Shown one piece after another: positions 19,944-28,673 of a stretch of DNA of 64,000 bases. Below the pieces are notes generated by a model. The model ran no database searches. It saw nothing but the letters and a program-made list of their open reading frames with translations, and was not told the DNA's origin. The DNA lies in the NCBI GenBank assembly GCA_937892215.1, contig CALAVE010000041.1:7271-71270 (forward strand). Direction: 5' to 3'. Origin of the DNA: an uncultured Porphyromonadaceae bacterium. Its GTDB lineage: Bacteria > Bacteroidota > Bacteroidia > Bacteroidales > Muribaculaceae. The first letter of the stretch is position 1, and the number at the start of each line of letters is the position of its first letter. A program made the position numbers and the translations under genes.

Positions 19944-21395
19944 ATGAATTTTAAGCATTTAATATCGTGGTTTCTTGCCTCAGTGCTAACACTTGCGGCG
20001 TTCGTATCATGCTCCACATCCCCTATTGAGCGCACCATTCGCACAGCGCTACTCACAGGCGACACCACCCAGACACAATTCGATTCCATTGCCTCTATAA
20101 TCAAGGGCAACGCAGAGCAATATCAGTTCTTGCTTAACGAGAACGGCGAAATCAATGCCGAGGCACTCAACGCACTTATCAAGAAAGTGGGTTCATCGGT
20201 GCGTCCGCCCATGTCATGGGACATCAGCAAATTCGTGTCAAAACCACTCTCCCTGTCAATCTACTTTGAGCGCAGCGGTAGCATGGTACCATACGACACA
20301 TCCACCGGCAGCGGGCAACTGAAGAAGGCCGTGAACGACCTCATCAACTTCTTCCCCGAGCACGAGAACGTGAGTATCAGCATAGTGAACGATGACATCT
20401 ATCCCTATCAGGGAAGCATTGAGTCATTTCTACAAGATAGGAACATCTATGCGTCCACCGCGTCGATAGGTAATCCGTCATACACCGATTTCAACCTGAT
20501 TTTCAACAAGATTCTGGAAGCGCAGTCGGAGGGTAACATATCCGTGCTGGTGACGGATATGATTTATTCGCCCAGCAACACGCAAGGTGTCTCGGCAACA
20601 AAGATTTTCAACGAGGAAAACAGTCTGGCTACCGCCATATTTCGCCGTTACAAAGGTAAATCAGTGATACTTAACCAGCTGACCGGTGACTTTTCAGGGA
20701 CATATTATCCCTACAACAACAATTCCTTCACCTTCAACGGCACTCGCCCGTTCTATCTGCTCATGATAGCCGACACCAAGGTAATGGACAGGATTGCCGC
20801 AGACCCGGATTTCCACAACTTCCTCACACCAGCCGAGGCTGAGCACTCATTCCGCTTCAATCAGGCCGAAGCAGAAGTAAGTTATAGCGTGATTCCCGAC
20901 TGGGAGCTCAACAGAGGACGCTTCCGCATCTCGCGCTCGGACAAGTCCACACTCACTAACTGCGAGGGAGACCGCCAGACCGACGTATTCTCTTTCGCCA
21001 TTGCAGCCGACCTCAAGAGCCTGAACAAGGATGAGGATTTCCTCACCGGAACGGAGAACTACACCGTGGAGTCGCAAAACGGGTTCAAAATTGCCATTAC
21101 ACCCATTGAGCCACAGATGATTAACGGCAACACACGCGAGATTCTCCGCGGCAAAAGTCACATAATAGCCGTTACAGGAACACTTAAGAGCCCACGCGAC
21201 GAAGTCACAATCTCGCTTCGCAACGAATTTCCGCAGTGGATACGTAAAGCAACGACAGCCAACGACACCAACCCCGCCGCTCCCGATTTTGCTTGGACCA
21301 CATTTGGCCTGTCGAACTTCATGGAAGGCATCTTCATGGCATTCTCGTCGGGCAACGACCGATACGCCTCGATAACAATCAAACTCATGAAATAA
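19944..21395 (+). CDS. Lipoprotein with vWA-like domain
   Basis: Lipobox FVSC; beta strand plus MIDAS-like LSIYFERSGSM; YTDF and ISVLVTDM match the vWA T and D positions. Start moved to ATG 19944. Confidence 0.65.
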   Translation: MNFKHLISWFLASVLTLAAFVSCSTSPIERTIRTALLTGDTTQTQFDSIASIIKGNAEQYQFLLNENGEINAEALNALIKKVGSSVRPPMSWDISKFVSKPLSLSIYFERSGSMVPYDTSTGSGQLKKAVNDLINFFPEHENVSISIVNDDIYPYQGSIESFLQDRNIYASTASIGNPSYTDFNLIFNKILEAQSEGNISVLVTDMIYSPSNTQGVSATKIFNEENSLATAIFRRYKGKSVILNQLTGDFSGTYYPYNNNSFTFNGTRPFYLLMIADTKVMDRIAADPDFHNFLTPAEAEHSFRFNQAEAEVSYSVIPDWELNRGRFRISRSDKSTLTNCEGDRQTDVFSFAIAADLKSLNKDEDFLTGTENYTVESQNGFKIAITPIEPQMINGNTREILRGKSHIIAVTGTLKSPRDEVTISLRNEFPQWIRKATTANDTNPAAPDFAWTTFGLSNFMEGIFMAFSSGNDRYASITIKLMK

Positions 21396-21429
21396 CTTAG
21401 TGAAACAATCATAACAATATACGCTGAAA

Positions 21430-21876
21430 ATGAAACGACACATCACATATCTGGCATGCGGAATCATAGTCACCCTGCTCTTTATACTCTTTAAGGAGAA
21501 CATTTACGAATCGGCCTACTATGCTCAGGGATTCAGTGACCAGTTCTACAATCTGGGGCTATACACCCCTGTGGCTCTAATCACGGCCGGCACAGCCTGG
21601 ATAGGTGCAGCCATCTACTATTTCGCGATTAATTCCGTGAAATTCGACCGCTGGTATCACTGGCTGGTGATGCTGGTGATTGTCACGCTGCTGGCCCCAA
21701 TCATCTGCTACGCACTGAACGATTTCGTCTTTGCGAATAACGACCTGATGTATATAGCCGAATCCATCAATTTTGAGTTATACAACATGGTATTTACCGC
21801 AGTACTCTTCATAGTGGCCTCATTCTCGATGCGATGGTGGAGCAGCAACTGCCGGCACACTCCCATTCCACAATAA
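21430..21876 (+). CDS. Small 4-TM membrane protein
   Basis: Four hydrophobic segments; C-terminal RWWSSNCRHTP. Confidence 0.8.
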   Translation: MKRHITYLACGIIVTLLFILFKENIYESAYYAQGFSDQFYNLGLYTPVALITAGTAWIGAAIYYFAINSVKFDRWYHWLVMLVIVTLLAPIICYALNDFVFANNDLMYIAESINFELYNMVFTAVLFIVASFSMRWWSSNCRHTPIPQ

Positions 21877-21942
21877 ATTCTCGGCGAGAAAAAACGTCAG
21901 TTATTCACACAAAAAGCGAAACAAACACAAGACAACGATATT

Positions 21943-23472
21943 ATGAAGTTATTCATTTTTGCAATAGGCGGCACCGGTTCCAGGGTGCTAAAGTCGCTGG
22001 TAATGCTCTCGGCCGCAGGCGTAAAGCCCGTGGATGAAAACGGGATCCCTCTGACCAACTTTGAGATAGTGCCGGTAATCATAGACCCGCACAAATCCTG
22101 CGCCGACCTCAAGCGCACGGAATCACTGCTCAACGCCTACTGCGACATTCGCCGCCAATTGCACGGCGAGAAGGTGAACGCCCGCGGATTTTTCGCCAAC
22201 CGAATCCTTAAACTTCACGACTTGGCCGCCGCAAGCACACGCACCATCGACGACTCGTTCATCTTCAATCTCAATGCCGTGGAGCATCACAAGTTCCGCG
22301 AGTTTATAGGCTATGACACGATGAATCAGGCAAATCAGGCGCTCACCTCGCTACTATTTGCCGACTACCAGTTGGAGAACAAGATGAGCATAGGTTTCGT
22401 GGGCTCGCCCAATATAGGCAGCGTGGCCCTGAACGAGATTAAAGACAGCGAGGAATTCAAGGCATTCGCCAACGCTTTTTCGGCCGGCGACCGCATCTTC
22501 TTCATCAGTTCCATTTTCGGAGGCACCGGAGCCGCAGGATTCCCCATCATGGTGAAGAACATACGTCAGGCCCAGAACACCGAACTCAACAACAAGGAAG
22601 TGCTGCGCCGCGCGCCCATTGGCGGCCTAACGGTTCTACCCTACTTCTCCATTGATAAAGGATTCGACCCTAACGACCGCCGCATCGACACCGCCGACTT
22701 CATAATCAAGACCCAGTCGGCGCTGGAATACTACGATGACACGCTCACCGGCAACAATGCCAGTAGTCTTAACGCCATCTTCTATCTGGGCGACAAAGTG
22801 CTCTCCCGCCCCTACGAGTACGACCCGGGCGACAAGCGCGACCAGAAAGACCCGGCACACTTCATAGAACTGATAGGAGCCCTGGCACCGTTCAAGTTTG
22901 CCGGTATGCCCGAGAGTGCCCTGAGCGATTTCAACGGGCTTCCACTGCCCACCAAAGCCTTTGAGTACGGGCTGGAAAAAGACACGGCAGAAATAGACTT
23001 CTTTGCGATGGGCAAGCAGACACGAGCGCTGATATTCCGCCGACTGGTGAAGTTGCACATGCTCTTCATGTATCTGCGCACAGGTTTCGCGGCCAACATC
23101 GGCCAGGGATATACCGAGGACAATCCGCGAATCACACGCGAGTTCCTCAGTTCGCAGTTCTATCGCACCCTCACCACCCGGTTCTTCAATCCATACGCCG
23201 AATGGCTGCACGAGATGCTGGGAAATCAGCGCAGCGTACACCTGTTCAATATGGGCGCGGAAAACATGGGCGAAGCCATCTTCAACGTCAAGACCAAGAA
23301 GACCCTCTTTGGCAGCAAATCGGTGAACAACGACGTGGTAAAGGCCGAACTGAACCGCATCAGTCGCGACAACCACGACTACGACGACGGAAACGTGGCG
23401 CTCAAACTGCTCGACCTCTTCGACCAGGCGGCCGATAAAATTGTAACCGACCGTTTCGACAATATAAACTAA
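21943..23472 (+). CDS. Divergent tubulin/FtsZ-superfamily GTPase (Tubulin_2 / FtsZ-like)
   Basis: FIFAIGGTG (T1 loop), IID (T2), GFVGSPNIG (T3-like) and SSIFGGTGAAG (GGGTGSG signature variant). Confidence 0.85.
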   Translation: MKLFIFAIGGTGSRVLKSLVMLSAAGVKPVDENGIPLTNFEIVPVIIDPHKSCADLKRTESLLNAYCDIRRQLHGEKVNARGFFANRILKLHDLAAASTRTIDDSFIFNLNAVEHHKFREFIGYDTMNQANQALTSLLFADYQLENKMSIGFVGSPNIGSVALNEIKDSEEFKAFANAFSAGDRIFFISSIFGGTGAAGFPIMVKNIRQAQNTELNNKEVLRRAPIGGLTVLPYFSIDKGFDPNDRRIDTADFIIKTQSALEYYDDTLTGNNASSLNAIFYLGDKVLSRPYEYDPGDKRDQKDPAHFIELIGALAPFKFAGMPESALSDFNGLPLPTKAFEYGLEKDTAEIDFFAMGKQTRALIFRRLVKLHMLFMYLRTGFAANIGQGYTEDNPRITREFLSSQFYRTLTTRFFNPYAEWLHEMLGNQRSVHLFNMGAENMGEAIFNVKTKKTLFGSKSVNNDVVKAELNRISRDNHDYDDGNVALKLLDLFDQAADKIVTDRFDNIN

Positions 23473-23528
23473 AAAGCCGCTTCGCATCCACCCAACAGTA
23501 TAAATCAGAAATCAGAAAACATATAGCA

Positions 23529-26500
23529 ATGAGCAACGTTCTCTCATATAGCAACAAAAACTCCGGCTCGGGCAACACCGACTGGATTCAGACCGCGCCC
23601 TATACAACCGACGACATAGCGCAGATAAAGGACCCCAACGGCGGTTTCAGCGAGCACCCGCGCACGGCCATTCCCAGCCCGTTCGCCCAGTTGGACCTTG
23701 TGAAAAACGCATTCGAGCACCTGGCCAACAACGCATTGAGGGGCACAACGATGGACGAAAGGCTTGTGTCGAACGCGCTGGACGTGGCGCAGTTGTTTTT
23801 CGACTTTGAGAACCACAAGGACTACCTCACCATAGTTCGCTGGAATCGCAACGAACAGATAGAGCGTCTCAAGGCCGACGACGCGCATCGCTTGTACGGT
23901 GAGACGCTGGAGTTGTTCCTAAGTAGCGATACAAAGTACAACTTCGACACACTTACCGACTGGTACATAATCATGTATAACAGTCAGGTAATAGGCGCCA
24001 CATCGCCGGCATCGTTCACCATTGCAGCGCCGGTTCAGTACCAGATGGAACAAATCAAGGTGGAGCAGGGCGTTTCGCTATTCTCATCGCCGCGCGCACT
24101 GTGGCAACGCGATGACGACTTCGTTTACCAGATATTCCTGCTGTTCAACGCATTCCCGTCGCTGCGCGAGCGAATCAGTAAGGTCTATTCTTATATTTTC
24201 ATGAACCTGGATCACATCCGCCGGAACAAGCCGCAGCTGTTCGCCCGCATCACGCAGGCTATCAACGACCCCAAGGCATTCAACCGCGAGGATGCCGGCA
24301 AAATACAGGAGCGGCTCAATCAAGAATTCGACCCATTCAGCGGCGACAACGAAGTGACGGTGCTGGGTGCGCAACTCTATCACAAGCGAGTGACCGACAT
24401 CCGCACACAGGCCAGCCAGAGCGATTTCGTGATTTCACCCACCATAGCGCAAGCCAGCCAAGAATTGCCGCTGGTGCTGCGTAGCAACTTCAACGGCAGT
24501 GCCGACCGCTACACCTACATAGACAAGCCGTGGAACAGTTCCACTGTGGTACTGACCAACGGAGTGCCCATGAACGAGCGCAAACTTCCCGACACTTCGG
24601 TAGTTTATCCATTCCTCACCACCTCCGATTTCCTGAGCGAGAACATAATCCAACTCAGTTCACCCATCGACAGTAACCACTTCTTCAACGGCAACTTAGT
24701 GGCACGAAGCGGTGAACACGGATACCTGCTTCCGCTAAAGCCCGAATTCTTCCGCTATTTCAAGGCAACCGACCTCACCGAGCGCATTCTGGGCCGCAAC
24801 ATGATGGATGTGGAGGAAAGCGCCGACGGCTCGGTCACAGTGACCCTGCGCATACCTGTGCGCAAGAAATACATTGAACTGACACGCACTTATTTCCTCG
24901 TCACCGACCCATCATGGACGTTCAACGAAACGCGCGGAACAGGACGAATAGTGAGAGCAATACTCTCAACGGCCATATTCCCGTTTGTCCGCACCACCGA
25001 CGCAAACGCCTACACGGTGATGCTCACCACCATGCTCAACGATGCCTCGCTGCGGTTCCACACCGACGGCTATCTCGACGACGGTATCGACGCTAACGGC
25101 AAAATCCGCACCCAAGAGACCTATTGCTCAAAATATTACGACGTGAAGGGCAGTTTCGACATTATAGAAGCCAGCGTCAACACCGAACTCGGTAGTTTCT
25201 CAGGATTTATCCTGCCGCTATGGCAGCCTTACACCGAGACCAACAAGGAACTCATCTTTGCCGTGGACTTCGGAACCACAAACAGCCATGTGGAAGTGGC
25301 CGAACGCGGGCACAACTCAGTGCCGCTCACCTTTGAGCCCAATTCAGGCGACACCCTTATCGCCACCCTCCACCGAAAGGGCGACACCCTGCAGTTTGCC
25401 GACCAGTTGCAGAACATAGAGTTCCTGCCGGGTGAAATCAGCAACCTGTATGGTTTCCCGCTACGAACCACTCTGGCCCGCAACGCCAAGAGTAACACCA
25501 ACGGCACCGGAATCTTCAGCGAAATAAACATCCCGTTCCTCTACGAACGCCAGTATTTCGCCGGATACAACGTTACCACAAACATCAAGTGGCGCGGCGA
25601 CAAAGAACTTTCCATGGCATTCCTGCGCGAAATCATCATGCTTATCCGCGCCAAGGTGCTGCTGGAGAACGCGTCGCTGGCCAAGACACGCATCATCTAC
25701 TTCTACCCTGTGAGCATGAGCGGAAGCGACCGTAACGCCTTGCAGAGCACGTGGGAGACACTCTATCGCGACTTCATTGCCGGGAACGACTCATCGGCCG
25801 AGAACCTGCGCTGCTACCCCGAGTCGATTGCTCCGGCCTACTACTACCAGGGAGCCGAAGTGGCCGGCAGCAGTTTCGTTTCCATAGACATAGGCGGAGG
25901 AACCAGCGACACGGTGATTTACCAGCCGTCGGCCGATCGCATGACCAGCGTGCCGGTGGCCATATCGTCGTTCCGCTTTGCCGGAAACGCCATCTTTGGC
26001 GACGCGTTCACCGACAAGGATGCCGACAATAACCCGTTACTGCAGCACTACACCACCTATTTCAAGCGGCTCATAGCGCAGAAGCCCGAACTGGCGCATC
26101 TGGGCAGCATCCTCGACGAAATCATGCAGGACAAGCGCTCAGAAGACATCAACGCCTTCCTCTTCTCGCTCGAAAACGTGGAGCAACTGCGCTCGTTGCG
26201 CGAGATTGACCGTAGCCTCTACAGTTACAATTCCCTGCTCAAGAATGATGCGCAGCGCAAACTCATTTTCATGTACTTCTACGCCGCCATCATCTATTAC
26301 ATCGCGAGCCAGATGAAGCATAGGAATCTGGAGCGGCCCAAGCAACTTTACTTCAGCGGAACCGGCTCCAAGATTCTGAACATAGTGGGTAACCGCGAAC
26401 TGGTGCGCGAATTCACCCAAATCATCATTGAACGCGTGTTCGGGTCGCCTTATACCGAGCATTTTGAAATCAAGATTGAGGAGCAGTCACCCAAGCAGAT

Positions 26501-26954
26501 CACCTGCCGCGGAGGCATCAGGTTAGAGAACCGCAGGCTCGACAATCAGGCCGATACCGCCCTGTTCTCGCCACGGAGCATCAACGCCATTAAGTACTGC
26601 TACTCCATGCTTGGCGACGACAACCTCACCTTCAGTGAGGTGAGCGAACTGGGACACCGTGAGCAACTCACCCAGAAGGTGCGCGAATTCAACGACTTCT
26701 TCGTTTCGCTGTGCGACGCCACAGTTAAGGACGAGTTCGGCATTGAGCCAAAAGTGTTTGCCATCTTCCAGTCTGTGCTGAACAACGATCTGAGCAACTA
26801 CCTGACCGCCGGCATCAGAGCGTTCCTGCTCACCCAGAACTACAACGACACCGACGAGATTCAGGACGTTCCGTTCTTCTACCCGGTGATAGGTGTGATT
26901 AGGCACAACCTGCTTCGCAACCTCTGCAACAACGTAATCAACAATCAGCAATAA
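23529..26954 (+). CDS. 1141-aa protein: unknown N-terminal half plus C-terminal actin/Hsp70-fold ATPase (SrfB-like)
   Basis: AVDFGTTNS, YPESIAP, SIDIGGGTSD, FAGNAI, YFSGTGSK and PKQITCRGG in the canonical order. Confidence 0.82.
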   Translation: MSNVLSYSNKNSGSGNTDWIQTAPYTTDDIAQIKDPNGGFSEHPRTAIPSPFAQLDLVKNAFEHLANNALRGTTMDERLVSNALDVAQLFFDFENHKDYLTIVRWNRNEQIERLKADDAHRLYGETLELFLSSDTKYNFDTLTDWYIIMYNSQVIGATSPASFTIAAPVQYQMEQIKVEQGVSLFSSPRALWQRDDDFVYQIFLLFNAFPSLRERISKVYSYIFMNLDHIRRNKPQLFARITQAINDPKAFNREDAGKIQERLNQEFDPFSGDNEVTVLGAQLYHKRVTDIRTQASQSDFVISPTIAQASQELPLVLRSNFNGSADRYTYIDKPWNSSTVVLTNGVPMNERKLPDTSVVYPFLTTSDFLSENIIQLSSPIDSNHFFNGNLVARSGEHGYLLPLKPEFFRYFKATDLTERILGRNMMDVEESADGSVTVTLRIPVRKKYIELTRTYFLVTDPSWTFNETRGTGRIVRAILSTAIFPFVRTTDANAYTVMLTTMLNDASLRFHTDGYLDDGIDANGKIRTQETYCSKYYDVKGSFDIIEASVNTELGSFSGFILPLWQPYTETNKELIFAVDFGTTNSHVEVAERGHNSVPLTFEPNSGDTLIATLHRKGDTLQFADQLQNIEFLPGEISNLYGFPLRTTLARNAKSNTNGTGIFSEINIPFLYERQYFAGYNVTTNIKWRGDKELSMAFLREIIMLIRAKVLLENASLAKTRIIYFYPVSMSGSDRNALQSTWETLYRDFIAGNDSSAENLRCYPESIAPAYYYQGAEVAGSSFVSIDIGGGTSDTVIYQPSADRMTSVPVAISSFRFAGNAIFGDAFTDKDADNNPLLQHYTTYFKRLIAQKPELAHLGSILDEIMQDKRSEDINAFLFSLENVEQLRSLREIDRSLYSYNSLLKNDAQRKLIFMYFYAAIIYYIASQMKHRNLERPKQLYFSGTGSKILNIVGNRELVREFTQIIIERVFGSPYTEHFEIKIEEQSPKQITCRGGIRLENRRLDNQADTALFSPRSINAIKYCYSMLGDDNLTFSEVSELGHREQLTQKVREFNDFFVSLCDATVKDEFGIEPKVFAIFQSVLNNDLSNYLTAGIRAFLLTQNYNDTDEIQDVPFFYPVIGVIRHNLLRNLCNNVINNQQ

Positions 26955-26966
26955 CTACAGCAACTC

Positions 26967-27722
26967 ATGAAAATAAAAGTCCTGCTCCTATCCATCGCGG
27001 TATGCGCCGCGCTTAACATTGTAGCTCAGGTTCCTGCGCCTGCCGACACCGACAGCATATTGCCGCCGAGCACCGAGGCTGTCACCCCAGCGCCACCGGT
27101 AATTCCCGAGGCTCAGCAACCGCCTCATCAAGGTGACAATAGAATGCTCACTTCTGTTATTCTGATTGTACTTTTGCTGGCTGCGGTGGGAGGCGTGCTT
27201 GCAATGTTCCACAGGCAGAACACAAGGGAGATTAACGCACTGCGCGATGAGATAGATGCCCTGCGCGCCGATGCAGATAAGGCCAATGCCCTTATTGACG
27301 AGAACATTAAGACCCTCAACGCCAAGATTGAGGCCACCAAACAGGCACTCCAGCAGAAGCAGAGCAGAGAAGCCAAACCCCAAGCGGCGAAGCCCACGTT
27401 CGCACCATGCCAGTTTCTGTCGCGCGCCGACGTGAACGGAGTGTTCGGACGGGCAGCCGACCACATTGAGCCGGGCAATTCGTTCTACGAGCTCAACACC
27501 ACCGATGGCGTGCACGGCACATTCCACGTGATTGACGCCCCCGACGTGCACCAACTTGCCCTGATGATGCCCACGCAGAACATCACCGGAGCCTGTGACG
27601 GCGAAAACATTCACACCTCCGCCGGGATGAAACGAATAGTTACCGACAAGGAGGGAACAGCCGTTATGAAAGACGGCAAATGGCACATAACATCCAAGTC
27701 ACTCATTCACTACGAGCCGTAA
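26967..27722 (+). CDS. Single-pass membrane protein with coiled coil
   Basis: Signal peptide, Pro-rich linker, TM (VILIVLLLAAVGGVLAMF), heptad coiled coil, small beta-rich C-domain. Confidence 0.8.
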   Translation: MKIKVLLLSIAVCAALNIVAQVPAPADTDSILPPSTEAVTPAPPVIPEAQQPPHQGDNRMLTSVILIVLLLAAVGGVLAMFHRQNTREINALRDEIDALRADADKANALIDENIKTLNAKIEATKQALQQKQSREAKPQAAKPTFAPCQFLSRADVNGVFGRAADHIEPGNSFYELNTTDGVHGTFHVIDAPDVHQLALMMPTQNITGACDGENIHTSAGMKRIVTDKEGTAVMKDGKWHITSKSLIHYEP

Positions 27723-27736
27723 CACATCATCAGCCA

Positions 27737-28339
27737 ATGAGTTACATTTGTCCTAAGTGCAATCATAGTATTAACATAAGCGAAGAGAAACTTCGCGCCC
27801 TGGGCTACCTCACGGTGTGCCCCGAGTGCTTCTCCACGCTGAAGATAATAGGCAATTACGCCTATATCCCAACCGAGAACGTGCCGCTCACCGACGATGC
27901 CAAAGAGAGCGACAAGGATGAGCGCGAAAGCACACCCCGCGAAGAATTTCACCCACTCTACCACCAGGCCGTGGAATTTCTGGCCACGTGTAATGCCATT
28001 TCCACGCCCATGCTCCAGTCTCGTTTCAACATATCCAGCGAGCAGGCCGCCGAACTGATGCGCGACTTGGAACGGCACGGCATAGTGGGCCCGTACCGCA
28101 ACGGCGCGCCACGCAAAATCCTTATTCCCCACAACCAGAATCTGCCATCACTCCACTGGTTGCATCCCCTGCAGGAAGGAGCCCCCGACCCACAGACTCT
28201 CAGCGATGGCGAGGAAGATCCAAACAGCGACGAGGTGCCCAACAAGACCTACGGATGCACCATTAACCTGAGCGGCTGCTTCACAATACTGCTACTCATC
28301 CTCGCAGTGTATTTCCTCATACACATGCTCAGTTCATAG
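27737..28339 (+). CDS. Zn-ribbon + FtsK-gamma-like winged helix + C-terminal TM protein
   Basis: CPKC..CPEC; HPLYHQAVEFL..ST.MLQ.RFNI....A..LM..LE..GIVGP..G..RKILI; hydrophobic C-terminus. Start at ATG 27737. Confidence 0.8.
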   Translation: MSYICPKCNHSINISEEKLRALGYLTVCPECFSTLKIIGNYAYIPTENVPLTDDAKESDKDERESTPREEFHPLYHQAVEFLATCNAISTPMLQSRFNISSEQAAELMRDLERHGIVGPYRNGAPRKILIPHNQNLPSLHWLHPLQEGAPDPQTLSDGEEDPNSDEVPNKTYGCTINLSGCFTILLLILAVYFLIHMLSS

Positions 28340-28484
28340 CCAAGGAGGAAACACACCGGAAAAATTATGCTATTTGCTACACACGTGCCACAGGTCGCCC
28401 AGAGAGCGCCACCCGCAACCGGCACGAACATAAAGACGCGCCACAGGCAACGATGGCGCGTAAATTCTTATGCAGAAAACAGCA

Positions 28485-28515
28485 TTGACACAGGCGCAGG
28501 GAAGCAGTAATTTTG
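28485..28515 (+). promoter_or_regulatory. Consensus promoter TTG-N20-TAATTTTG with no downstream gene
   Basis: TTGACA at 28485 and TAATTTTG at 28508-28515, followed by CACCCG. Confidence 0.6.
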
Positions 28516-28612
28516 CACCCGAAACATTTCCGCAGCATTCATCCCGATACGGGTTCATGGCGTACCGGAAATGGAGAAAAGAGTTCATTGACATGATGTT
28601 CACGGCACAAGC

Positions 28613-28644
28613 AAAAAAACAGCGAGCCACTAAAGGACCCGCTG
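28613..28644 (-). terminator. Intrinsic terminator of the EEP gene
   Basis: Minus strand CAGCGGGTCC-TTTAGT-GGCTCGCTG followed by T7. Confidence 0.7.
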
Positions 28645-28673
28645 AAAAAACTGATACTATTCCAAATTCAACG

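Noticed and set aside
21943..26954. Calling these genes ftsZ and ftsA/mreB/dnaK
   Set aside because: Lengths, motifs and context do not fit the canonical proteins
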